A DNA stretch of 64,000 bases from Patescibacteria group bacterium (GTDB lineage: Bacteria; Patescibacteriota; Patescibacteriia; UM-FILTER-42-10), in NCBI GenBank assembly GCA_041666845.1, contig JBAYGC010000007.1, positions 6,080 through 70,079 on the forward strand, read 5' to 3'. The translations under genes and the position numbers were made by a program. Positions 16,506 through 24,874 of this stretch are shown here, in pieces. Position 1 is the first letter of the stretch. The number at the start of each line of letters is the position of its first letter. The notes under the pieces were generated by a model. The model did not search any database. It was given only the letters and a program-made list of their open reading frames with translations, and was not told the DNA's origin.

Positions 16506-17636
16506 CTATTTACTAGGAGGGGGAGGGGGCATATTATTACCACCTTCACTTTTTTCCGAATTCTCTTTATGTAGCAAGGTTTGTTGTCCCGAATGATCGG
16601 AAGGTTTATTTTCCAATCCGCCCAATTTCTCAAGACCCTTCAAACCTCCTTGGTCACTTTTACCACCGCGACCGCGAAGATTCACAGCAATTATGATTAT
16701 GATAATCGCCAGGATCACCCACCATACCAGTGCAGACTGACTTTCTTCAGAGTCAGCATTTTCGTCAGTGTCTTTGTTGGTGTTTTCATCCGTTAATGTT
16801 ATTTCAGTCTCAGTATTCTCCGCATCCGCAGGATTATTCTCACCTACTGCCTCAAGTAGAGTATCGCCGACCGCCACCGGGGTATCACTTACTCCCAGTA
16901 CCTTTGGGTCAGTGTATCCCTCCGTTGATGTTTCGGATGCCTCAACAAAGAATCCAACAACATTTGAAAAACTGCTTTCCTTCCCCTCGGGGCTGACTGT
17001 AGTAACATACACCAGATGTTTTTCCTCTGGGTTAAGATCCAGAAACGGCTGGTAGGCGAAACTGGCAATGCCAGATTCATCATTCTTCACTTTGAATTGA
17101 CCGTTGAATTCTTTATCAATAAAGACCTTAATCAACGAATCATTTACCGCCAATCCGGTAATAAACGGTTTTGTCGATACCGTCTTATTATTTACAACTG
17201 GCTGAAACAAAGTAGGAGCCGGATAAGGTTCTTCAATTACGAATGACGTCTCTTTTGACATCAGACTTTTTAATTTAGAATCCTTATCTATTGCTGATAC
17301 AGCTACCGTATGTTCGCCGGATTTGAGTGATAAAAACGGAACAAATGTAAAACTGGCAGTTCCCTTCTTACCGTCCAAAACCTTTGCCATGCCGTTGAGC
17401 TGGCCATCAATATATACTTCGACCTTGGTGCTGTTTTCTGTGAGTCCGGTAATTACCGGCTGCTCATAGATAGTGGAATCTCCGATTGCCGGCCAGATCA
17501 ACGTTGGTGTTGATACGGTCGGGTTAGCTGCCAGTAAACTTTGTGGAACAACCAATAGGGTTATTACACATACTGACACGAAGAATCCGAAGACCTTGCT
17601 TAAAGAGGATCGATTTGTATGATCTAACATATTCAT
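16506..17636 (-). CDS. Cell-surface protein with two tandem Ig-like repeats, acidic linker, C-terminal TM anchor and Pro-rich tail
   Basis: 376 aa; N-terminal signal/TM (FGFFVSVCVITLLVV); internal repeat around PTLIWP...KVEVYIDGQLNG...GEHTVAVSAID vs PTLFQP...KVFIDKEFNG...; hydrophobic WWVILAIIIIIIAV near C-terminus; ends PPPPPSK. Confidence 0.5.
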   Translation of the reverse strand: MNMLDHTNRSSLSKVFGFFVSVCVITLLVVPQSLLAANPTVSTPTLIWPAIGDSTIYEQPVITGLTENSTKVEVYIDGQLNGMAKVLDGKKGTASFTFVPFLSLKSGEHTVAVSAIDKDSKLKSLMSKETSFVIEEPYPAPTLFQPVVNNKTVSTKPFITGLAVNDSLIKVFIDKEFNGQFKVKNDESGIASFAYQPFLDLNPEEKHLVYVTTVSPEGKESSFSNVVGFFVEASETSTEGYTDPKVLGVSDTPVAVGDTLLEAVGENNPADAENTETEITLTDENTNKDTDENADSEESQSALVWWVILAIIIIIIAVNLRGRGGKSDQGGLKGLEKLGGLENKPSDHSGQQTLLHKENSEKSEGGNNMPPPPPSK

Positions 17637-17722
17637 AAATTTTTCCTCTTTTACTTTTTAAGGGACATCTGTCTACACAGACAGTGTTGTATCTTACTAC
17701 AGCAATTCTCAAAGTGTCAAAT

Positions 17723-18118
17723 CTAATAAGTATCAATCTCATGGTTCTTTGCTTCCGAAATTCCGATTCCTTTAATATGTTTGATTAGATGAGTAAATAT
17801 ATCCAAACGAAATCGCACAACAATTACATCAATCCTATATTCTGATACTTCTGGATGATCCGCCAGAAAAACTTCAGCCGTCTTAATTATTCGATTTATC
17901 TTATTATCAGTTACAGCTTCTTCGGGAGCCCCAAACGAATTGGTACAACGGCTTTTAACTTCAATAAAAACAACTTCCTCCGCTTCTTTACTGATAATAT
18001 CAATCTCCCCAAAACGGGTAGTATAATGCCGATCAATGATTGAGTATCCAAGTTTCATGCAATATTCTACTGCAATGTCTTCTCCTACTTTCCCTAAATT
18101 TTGGCGGTGATTTCGCAT
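17723..18118 (-). CDS. yraN: YraN family (UPF0102) endonuclease-like protein
   Basis: 131 aa; GE.IA..YL...G..I...N.R...GEID(I/L)I pattern and E.VFIEVK core. Confidence 0.75.
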   Translation of the reverse strand: MRNHRQNLGKVGEDIAVEYCMKLGYSIIDRHYTTRFGEIDIISKEAEEVVFIEVKSRCTNSFGAPEEAVTDNKINRIIKTAEVFLADHPEVSEYRIDVIVVRFRLDIFTHLIKHIKGIGISEAKNHEIDTY

Positions 18119-18140
18119 AACAAAATACCCCTTTAAGGTA

Positions 18141-18178
18141 GTGCTTTAATAAAAAAGCGCCCCCAAAAGAGGGCGCCC
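18141..18178 (-). terminator. Intrinsic terminator after methyltransferase gene
   Basis: GCGCCC/GGGCGC stem with 8-nt loop followed on minus strand by TTTTTTATT. Confidence 0.55.
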
Positions 18179-18200
18179 AATAATCGATTAATTTATACCA

Positions 18201-18758
18201 TTATTGCTTGATAAATTCAAGTAGATAATGATAAGGCCCGGTTTCTTCCGATTTTTCAAGAGTATACTTCAAATCTTCTGCAATTTTTTTCAGATCTTCA
18301 ACCGAAACACGATCCTCCGTCTTAGGACCAAATGGCGTACTCATTTTTTTCCAATCTACAATCACTAATTTACCACCCTTCTTCAAGAGCCGGGTCGCTT
18401 CTTTAATTACCGCCTCATGTTTTTTTGTCTGAAATAGAGTATTCACCAATAATGCAAAATCCAGGCTACCCTCGCGGATTTTTGTCGCGCCGAGAATTTC
18501 CAGATTAGACCAGACCATTCTGACATTATCAAACCCTTCTAGTTTTACCTTAGTCCAAACACTTTGTAATACATTCTTAAGGATGTCCACCGCATAAACT
18601 CGACCCTTGTCACCGACCGTTCTGGCCGCCTGTAGCGTAAAATACCCCATGCCTCCGCAACCCAGATCCGCCACTACATCGCCATACCCAATACCGGCCT
18701 GATTCAGAATCGCTTCCGGGTTCAATAGTTCGTTTCCTCCTGGTACTTTTCGATCCAT
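18201..18758 (-). CDS. Class I SAM-dependent methyltransferase
   Basis: 185 aa; motif I VADLGCGGMGYFT, acidic motif II YAVDI. Confidence 0.7.
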   Translation of the reverse strand: MDRKVPGGNELLNPEAILNQAGIGYGDVVADLGCGGMGYFTLQAARTVGDKGRVYAVDILKNVLQSVWTKVKLEGFDNVRMVWSNLEILGATKIREGSLDFALLVNTLFQTKKHEAVIKEATRLLKKGGKLVIVDWKKMSTPFGPKTEDRVSVEDLKKIAEDLKYTLEKSEETGPYHYLLEFIKQ

Positions 18759-18806
18759 ATTATTTAAGTTATTACACTACTTAATATTATACTTCATTTT
18801 CCAACC

Positions 18807-19415
18807 TTACACCAAATCCTTCATCGGTGAGAAAGACACTCTATGAATCTTGCAAATACCATATTGATCGATCTTTCTCTGATGATGTTCCGTCCCGTAT
18901 CCTTTGTGTGTATGAAAACCGTATTCCGGAAATTCTTTATGTGCCGCTACCATAATATAATCACGGGTTACCTTGGCAATAATTGACGCTGCAGCGATCG
19001 ACGCCACTTTCTGATCACCTTTTTCTATAGCATGATGTTCGATACCGACGTGGTCAAGCAAAAAGTAATCAATCAGTAAATAATCCGGCCGAAGCAGAAG
19101 TTTCTTTACGGCTTGCTCCATCGCCAGCGCATTCGCTTCGTTAATACCGATCCGGTCAATTGTTTTTTCGGATACAATCCCGACACTCCAATTCAAAGCG
19201 TTCTTTACGATTTCCAAATAGAGTTGTTTGCGTCTGGTTGGAGTCAGTTGCTTAGAATCACGCAGTCCGTCAACGCGAAATCTGGGGTTTAGAATAACAC
19301 TGGCTGCTACAATCGGACCGGCCCACGCCCCGCGTCCAGCTTCATCAAGACCGGCTATTTTCAAGTAACCTTTCTTCTTCAGTTTTTCTTCTTCCAAATA
19401 CGTTGGTTCTACCAT
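18807..19415 (-). CDS. rnhB: Ribonuclease HII
   Basis: 202 aa; GLDEAGRGAWAGPIVAASV catalytic DEDD-type motif. Confidence 0.9.
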   Translation of the reverse strand: MVEPTYLEEEKLKKKGYLKIAGLDEAGRGAWAGPIVAASVILNPRFRVDGLRDSKQLTPTRRKQLYLEIVKNALNWSVGIVSEKTIDRIGINEANALAMEQAVKKLLLRPDYLLIDYFLLDHVGIEHHAIEKGDQKVASIAAASIIAKVTRDYIMVAAHKEFPEYGFHTHKGYGTEHHQRKIDQYGICKIHRVSFSPMKDLV

Positions 19416-19466
19416 AAATTTTCCTTACATAGACAGTATATCACTATTGCCTATATCGGAAAATAC

Positions 19467-20747
19467 TTATTTATAACCCTTTGCTTGTAGCGCGTCCGCT
19501 ACCCTTTGGATTGCCAGCACGTATGCGGCAGTCCTAAGGTCTGTTTTTAATTTTTCTTTGATCTCCCAGACATCATTGAACGCTGTAGTGATTAACTGTT
19601 TTAATTTTTTATTAACTACTTCTTCAGTCCAATAGTCATTAGAAATATTCTGTAGCCATTCAAAATAGGAAACCGTCACTCCGCCGGAGTTTGCCAAAAT
19701 ATCCGGCACTACCAGGATACCTCTCCTTGCCAGTTTTTCGTCCGCCTCGGAAGTAATTGGGCCGTTGGCCATTTCCAAGACTACTTTCGCTTTTACCTTT
19801 CCGGCATTCGCATCCGTGATTTGGTTCTCTAAAGCGGCCGGCACCAGAATATCACAGGTCAGTTCCAGCAATTTTTTGTCTGATACTTTCTCATAGTTCT
19901 TGCAGTCACACACCGTACCGGTACAATAACATCCGCTAGTTAAACCTTTCTTCTTTTTTGTATCCATTACATATTTCGGGTTGAGACCTTTACCACGCTT
20001 GTCATAGATATTCCCCCGCGAATCTGAGATGGCAATTATTTTATACCCTGCCTGATACGCGAATCTGGCAAAATGATATCCGACATTACCAAGCCCCTGG
20101 ATTACGATCTTTGTATTTTTGGGATTGAGTTTCAGTTTTTTAGCAACTTCTTGTAACAAATAAAACCCACCCAGTCCAGTAGCCGCTTCCCTGCCTTGAG
20201 AACCGCCTAAAGCCAGGGGTTTCCCGGTTAGTACCGCCGGTGTCGGATGACCGACCAATTTGCTGTATTCATCCACCATCCACCCCATTATCTTCGGGTT
20301 AGTATTAACGTCCGGCGCTGGTACATCCAGGTTCGGGCCAATAAAGTCCCGCACAGCATTAATATAACCCCTAGAGAGCCTTTCTAGCTCTCCTTCAGAA
20401 AGCTGTTTTGGATCAACTTTAATTCCGCCCTTCCCTCCGCCAAACGGGATATTAGCTACAGCTGTTTTCCAAGTCATCAATGCCGCTAAGGCTTTTACCT
20501 CATGCAAGTTGGCCTGGGGGTGGAAACGAATACCTCCTTTATACGGACCGCGGTCATTGTTGTATTGAACCCGGTAGCCTTCAAAAACTTTCCAAGTCTG
20601 GTCATCCATTTTTACCGGAATAGCAAACTGAAATGTTCTATAAGGAACTTTCAATATCTCATAAATATTCTGGTCCAAGCCGATTAAGTCTGCCGCTTTT
20701 TTAAGCTGTTCTAATGTGTTTGTAAAGGGATTCTTGGTTGTTGCCAT
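19467..20747 (-). CDS. gdhA: Glutamate dehydrogenase (NAD(P)-dependent)
   Basis: 426 aa; KGGIRFHP and GGGKGG substrate/active-site motifs; Rossmann GLGNVG. Confidence 0.9.
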   Translation of the reverse strand: MATTKNPFTNTLEQLKKAADLIGLDQNIYEILKVPYRTFQFAIPVKMDDQTWKVFEGYRVQYNNDRGPYKGGIRFHPQANLHEVKALAALMTWKTAVANIPFGGGKGGIKVDPKQLSEGELERLSRGYINAVRDFIGPNLDVPAPDVNTNPKIMGWMVDEYSKLVGHPTPAVLTGKPLALGGSQGREAATGLGGFYLLQEVAKKLKLNPKNTKIVIQGLGNVGYHFARFAYQAGYKIIAISDSRGNIYDKRGKGLNPKYVMDTKKKKGLTSGCYCTGTVCDCKNYEKVSDKKLLELTCDILVPAALENQITDANAGKVKAKVVLEMANGPITSEADEKLARRGILVVPDILANSGGVTVSYFEWLQNISNDYWTEEVVNKKLKQLITTAFNDVWEIKEKLKTDLRTAAYVLAIQRVADALQAKGYK

Positions 20748-20766
20748 TTTATATATAGATTAATAG

Positions 20767-22008
20767 TTATTTGTATTCTTCCAAAGCAATCTTCAAAATT
20801 TCCATTGCTCTTTTTAACTGCTCTGTTTCAAGCACAAATGCAATGCGAATTTCATTCTTACCCGCGCCCTTTGTTTCGTAGAAACCGGCAGCCGGGGCGA
20901 ACATAACTGTTTCATTATTATGACTGAACTCTTCAAGCAACCAGCGGCAGAAATATTCTGCGTTAGCAATCGGCAATTCTGCGATTAGATAGAGTGCCCC
21001 CTGCGGGAGATAGAATTTTACGCCGGGAATTTTTTGTAAATATTTTGCGACTACATCTCTTCTTTTTTTATATTCCTTAACCATAGGAGTAATATATTTT
21101 GCCGGCTCCTGTAGCAGAGGCACCACTGCTAGCTGATCAATTGTCGGTGACGAAAGTCTGCCTTGGGCGAATTTCAAAACATTTTCCATAACACTTTTGT
21201 TTTTTGAAGCAACGCAACCGATGCGAGCACCACAGATATTAAAACGTTTGGAAACACTGTCCACGATAATAATCCGATCCTGGATTTTTTTAAACTCCAT
21301 CATACTGACTGCTTTGCCTTCGAATACTATCTCACGATAAACTTCATCAGCAATGATAAAAATATTATGTTTTTTTGCCAGCGCAGCGATCCTCCCTAGC
21401 TCTTCCCTGGTATAAACTGTACCGGTCGGATTAGAGGGATTACAAATAATGATTGCCTTGGTTTTCTTGGTAATTTTCTTTTCGATCAATTCATCGGGTG
21501 GTAGATGAAAACCATCTGCGAGGAATGTCTGAACCGGCACCGGAATTACCGAGGCCATCCGGGCATACGTAATGTAATTAGCATATAGTGGTTCAAAAAT
21601 AATCACTTCATCACCCGGATCAGCTACAGTCATCAGAGTAAAAATAATTGCTTCACTGCCCCCCGTTGTTACAATAATATCCTCACTTTCAAAAGGAATA
21701 TTATTTTTGTGATAATAATCTTTCCATGCGCTTATCGCATCAGTATACCCTTCTGACGGGGCATATGCCAAAGTCCTTTCTGCGAACTTTCTGACTTCTG
21801 TATAAAATCTTTTCGGGGTTTTTAAATCAGGTTGTCCAATATTTAAATGATAAACTTTAACCCCTCTCTTTTCTGTTTCACTGGCAACTGATGACAATTT
21901 TCTAATCGAAGAAGCGTGCATCCCAGCTGCACGAAAAGAAATTGGGGTTGAGTTTTCTAAAGACATACGTCTTGATTTATGTTTAATTTTTTCTGCCCCA
22001 GTCCACAC
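20767..22008 (-). CDS. PLP-dependent aminotransferase, class I/II (aspartate/aromatic-type)
   Basis: 413 aa; PLP-lysine context SVSKRFNICGARIG; overlaps trxB start by 26 nt. Confidence 0.75.
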   Translation of the reverse strand: MWTGAEKIKHKSRRMSLENSTPISFRAAGMHASSIRKLSSVASETEKRGVKVYHLNIGQPDLKTPKRFYTEVRKFAERTLAYAPSEGYTDAISAWKDYYHKNNIPFESEDIIVTTGGSEAIIFTLMTVADPGDEVIIFEPLYANYITYARMASVIPVPVQTFLADGFHLPPDELIEKKITKKTKAIIICNPSNPTGTVYTREELGRIAALAKKHNIFIIADEVYREIVFEGKAVSMMEFKKIQDRIIIVDSVSKRFNICGARIGCVASKNKSVMENVLKFAQGRLSSPTIDQLAVVPLLQEPAKYITPMVKEYKKRRDVVAKYLQKIPGVKFYLPQGALYLIAELPIANAEYFCRWLLEEFSHNNETVMFAPAAGFYETKGAGKNEIRIAFVLETEQLKRAMEILKIALEEYK

Positions 22009-22942
22009 CGGCTGTTTTTCCTGCTTTATGCTGTAAGAATTTATAAGCCTGCAAAGCGGCTTTTGCTCCCTCGCCCGCTGAAATTACTATCTGTTTATAG
22101 GTAATATCCGTAACATCTCCGGCCGCAAATACACCCGGATAAGATGTTTCACAATTGCTGTTAATCTTGATCTGATTGCGTTCATTGCGTTCCACTAAAT
22201 CCTTCACAATCCCAGTTTTAGCAATATAACCCACTTCCACAAACACACCGTCACATTTAATTTCCTTTGCTTCGTTTGTCTGATTGTTTTTTACTTGTAT
22301 CGCACTAACAGTATTTTCTCCGGTTATTTCTGCTATTTCCGTATTCATTAACATCAAAACGTTATCTCTTTCTTTGAGTTTTTCTAATATTATTTTTTCT
22401 CCTCTGAACTCGTCACCCCTATGGATCAGATACACTTGTTTAGCAATTTTAGAAAGCAGTTCGGCAGAATCCAAAGCAGAATTCCCTCCGCCCACCACGA
22501 CAACAGTTTTGTTCTTAAACAATGGCCCGTCACAGGTAGAGCAATACGACACTCCTTTGTTTTTGAATTCTGACTCGCCCGGGACATTGAGGTCCCGCGG
22601 TGTTAATCCGAATGCCAGAATAATTACCTTTCCGTAAAATTCATCGTCGGCAGTCCTTACCAGGAACTGATCATCTGTTTTTTCAATCTGACTTACTTCG
22701 CGATAAACAATTTCCGCACCGTATTCTTCCGCCTGTTTTCTAAACCTTTCCATAATATTAAGTCCGGTTTCCTTCCCAAGCCCGGGATAATTCTCCACCA
22801 AACCGGCAATCGAAGCCTGCCCACCTAAATCTTTTGTAAGCACTACCGTCTTCAGTGTCCTGCGCGCAGCATAAATAGCCGCAGTCAGGCCGGCTGCTCC
22901 GGCGCCAATAATAATGCAGTCATATTCTCTTGCAGCGGACAT
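21983..22942 (-). CDS. trxB: Thioredoxin-disulfide reductase
   Basis: 319 aa; FAD GxGxxG (IIGAGAAGL), redox CSTCDG (CxxC), NADPH GGGNSA. Confidence 0.9.
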   Translation of the reverse strand: MSAAREYDCIIIGAGAAGLTAAIYAARRTLKTVVLTKDLGGQASIAGLVENYPGLGKETGLNIMERFRKQAEEYGAEIVYREVSQIEKTDDQFLVRTADDEFYGKVIILAFGLTPRDLNVPGESEFKNKGVSYCSTCDGPLFKNKTVVVVGGGNSALDSAELLSKIAKQVYLIHRGDEFRGEKIILEKLKERDNVLMLMNTEIAEITGENTVSAIQVKNNQTNEAKEIKCDGVFVEVGYIAKTGIVKDLVERNERNQIKINSNCETSYPGVFAAGDVTDITYKQIVISAGEGAKAALQAYKFLQHKAGKTAGVDWGRKN

Positions 22943-22956
22943 TATTTATTGTTTAA

Positions 22957-23280
22957 TTATATATTTTCGTCAATTACCTTTTGCAGTTCTTCCTTGGACT
23001 GTGCTCCGATTGATTGTTTCACTACCTCCCCGTTCTTAAAAAACAAAAAGGTCGGGATACTCATGACACCGTATTTTTGTGTCGTCGTCTGGTTTTCATC
23101 GATATTCATTTTAGCAATTTTGACTGCCTTACCTTCATTATCTTTTACTAACTCTTCCATCACCGGCAACATTATTTTGCATGGTCCACACCATTCAGCC
23201 CAAATATCCACTAAAACCAACTTATCTGCTTTTAGTACTTCCGCATCAAAAGTACTGTCATTAATTTCGATACCTGCCAT
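22957..23280 (-). CDS. trxA: Thioredoxin
   Basis: 107 aa; WCGPC active site. Confidence 0.9.
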   Translation of the reverse strand: MAGIEINDSTFDAEVLKADKLVLVDIWAEWCGPCKIMLPVMEELVKDNEGKAVKIAKMNIDENQTTTQKYGVMSIPTFLFFKNGEVVKQSIGAQSKEELQKVIDENI

Positions 23281-23299
23281 TTTATTATTCCTTTCTTAA

Positions 23300-23572
23300 T
23301 TATGTTATTTTAAATAAATTAGATGTAATCTTTTCTAAATCTTGTGACTTTTTCTTTATACTTCCTTCTCCAGTTAAACACTCCCTAGACTCATTGCGTA
23401 ATACGTTTACTCCCAAAGAATCCAACGATGCTCTTGCCGCCATCAGTTGGGTAATTATCTCTCCGCAATTGCGCTTACTTTGTAGCATTCTTTCAATCCC
23501 CTTCAGCTGGCCAATAATCCGCCGGAGATGAGCTTGATTCTTGGGTATTGGTATTTTAGCAGTGTCTGTCAT
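23300..23572 (-). CDS. CsoR/RcnR/FrmR-family (DUF156) transcriptional repressor, two-Cys (CstR-like) variant
   Basis: 90 aa from ATG 23570-23572 (track N-terminal extension is translation of the operator palindrome); pattern LRRIIGQLKGIERM and Cys at positions corresponding to C..(25: Glu, not His)..C, i.e. no His ligand. Confidence 0.65.
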   Translation of the reverse strand: MTDTAKIPIPKNQAHLRRIIGQLKGIERMLQSKRNCGEIITQLMAARASLDSLGVNVLRNESRECLTGEGSIKKKSQDLEKITSNLFKIT

Positions 23573-23589
23573 AATAGTGTAATTGTTAC

Positions 23590-23606
23590 ATACCCCCCCA
23601 GGGTAT
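23590..23606. promoter_or_regulatory. CsoR-type operator ATACCC-N5-GGGTAT located between -35 (TTGTCA) and -10 (TATGTA) of the regulator/trx operon promoter
   Basis: GC-tract pseudo-palindrome ATACCCCCCCAGGGTAT resembles known CsoR-family boxes (e.g. B. subtilis copZA operator TACCC...GGGTA); about 20 nt upstream of start codon. Confidence 0.55.
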
Positions 23607-23720
23607 ACTGACAATATTAGACCAATTACGAATTATTGTCAAGCCGACATATAAAGTATAGTAAAAAAATGCCCCAACCAATAGTGGTGAGGCGAATGGA
23701 AAACAGGAATGTGCGAAATA

Positions 23721-23921
23721 CTAATCCCGTCTGGGCTTGTGCTTGATGCGCGGGGGTTTCCCCAAAGCGATCTCGTCAGCGATCTCCTTACGATGGACCG
23801 GGATGTCCTTGGGGGCGGTGATTCCGATCTGGACCTGGTCGCCACGGATGTCGACAATCATGATCGAAATTTGGTCTCCGATCACGATCACTTCGTTGAG
23901 TTTGCGACTCAAGATCAGCAT
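23721..23921 (-). CDS. csrA: Carbon storage regulator CsrA (RNA-binding global regulator), GC-rich
   Basis: 66 aa from ATG 23919-23921 with SD GGAGGA (6-nt spacer); MLILSRK..GD.I.I......G.QV.IGI.AP..I.VHR.EI signature; about 55% GC. Confidence 0.8.
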   Translation of the reverse strand: MLILSRKLNEVIVIGDQISIMIVDIRGDQVQIGITAPKDIPVHRKEIADEIALGKPPRIKHKPRRD

Positions 23922-24009
23922 GGGTCTTCCTCCTTGAAGGGTCAAACTACCCCCGCAAAATAACGAGAGCCAAATTACAATAGCAAGGATTAAATTTTAA
24001 TGCAAGTAT

Positions 24010-24027
24010 TTGTTCTACGTGGAACAA
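24010..24027. repeat. Imperfect palindrome TTGTTCtACGTGGAACAA (degenerate copy of the 24584-24609 palindrome)
   Basis: one mismatch from perfect dyad; shares GTTC(C/T)ACGTGGAAC core. Confidence 0.6.
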
Positions 24028-24229
24028 TAATCAAAAACCGCCCTGTTTACATAGGACGGATCACTAATATTTTAATTAATTAAACTTCAAATTACTAAAC
24101 TTATATAAATGCATTTACTTAGTTGTAGTCTTTGAGCAATTGAAACCACCAACGAAGTAATTAATTAATGCCATGAATAACGCCGTAGACATTACGAGCG
24201 AGCTACAAACTCGTGAGGGGTAAATCGAG

Positions 24230-24305
24230 TGGTGGAGATGAGGGGACTCGAACCCCTAACCCCTTCCATGCCATGGAAGTGCTCTACCAATTGAGCCACA
24301 TCCCC
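24230..24305 (-). tRNA. tRNA-Ala (anticodon GGC)
   Basis: cloverleaf readable on minus strand: acceptor GGGGATG/CATCTCC with G3:U70 Ala identity pair, anticodon loop AUGGCAU, T-loop GGTTCGAGTCC, encoded CCA. Confidence 0.85.
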
Positions 24306-24583
24306 GTATATACTCCAGTATTTCTCTACGTCTATCCAATTCAGAGTAATCAAATTATATTATGCTTAACACAATATGTCTAGACGATGATACTTATACT
24401 ATTTATATTCCCGACTATTTATAATATTCATCTGATTCTTAAAGTAATACTTCGATTTGTGATTAGTATTGTTTACCCATATATCACTAGAATTTGTATT
24501 GCATCAAACAATAATATATTTACATTCGTCATGAATTACATTAATCCTGATATTGATTGTCACTACTAAACATTGAATAAAAG

Positions 24584-24609
24584 ATAAATGTTCCACGTGG
24601 AACATTTAT
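24584..24609. repeat. Perfect 26-bp palindrome ATAAATGTTCCACGTGGAACATTTAT (CACGTG core), candidate operator
   Basis: read directly; self-complementary; upstream of tRNA-Ala(GGC). Confidence 0.7.
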
Positions 24610-24666
24610 TCATATCTATATAAGAATGGGGAATTTATTCAAGTATTTTTAACATTGATCCGTGTC

Positions 24667-24740
24667 TGGTGGAGATACTGGGAATCGAACCCAGGCCTCA
24701 GCAATGCGAATGCTGCGTAATGCCTCTTTACTATATCCCC
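24667..24740 (-). tRNA. tRNA-Ala (anticodon CGC)
   Basis: acceptor GGGGATA/TATCTCC with G3:U70; anticodon stem CAGCA/TGCTG, loop UUCGCAU; T-arm CTGGG TTCGATT CCCAG; CCA encoded. Confidence 0.8.
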
Positions 24741-24799
24741 AGCAAACATGGATCAATATTTGGCGTCTAATTAAACTATAGAAACAATATAATATACAG

Positions 24800-24874
24800 T
24801 GGTGCCCCCGGCAGGAATCGAACCTACATTTAAAGCTTAGGAGTCTCTCGTTCTATCCATTGAACTACGGGGGC
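24800..24874 (-). tRNA. tRNA-Arg (anticodon CCU)
   Basis: acceptor GCCCCCG/CGGGGGC, D-arm GTTC AATGGAT(A) GAAC, anticodon loop CUCCUAA (U33, A37), T-loop TTCGATT, CCA encoded; one A-G mismatch at base of anticodon stem. Confidence 0.7.

Noticed and set aside
23573-23614. N-terminal 14-codon extension of the CsoR-family ORF (track start 23614), and similar upstream extensions of yebC (to 52127), csrA (to 23945), prs (GTG 16386) and the GT-C gene (53318)
   Set aside because: Internal starts give canonical N-termini (e.g. MSGHSKW for YebC) and/or proper SD spacing. Upstream extensions cover operator/terminator sequence.
23639-23963. ORFs 23639-23857(-), 23709-23963(+), 23737-23937(+) overlapping csrA
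   Set aside because: Alternative frames of the GC-rich csrA segment. csrA has a canonical signature and SD.
24387-24569. 60-aa plus-strand ORF in AT-rich tRNA intergenic region; also 25436-25666
   Set aside because: No RBS. Ile/Tyr/Asn-rich low-complexity product expected from AT-rich DNA. 25436-25666 overlaps a terminator hairpin.
24667-24740. Considered whether tRNA-Ala(CGC) (G3:U70, 74 nt) could be the tRNA-like domain of a tmRNA
   Set aside because: Complete anticodon arm and normal cloverleaf present. No upstream pseudoknot/tag-reading-frame-like sequence identified.
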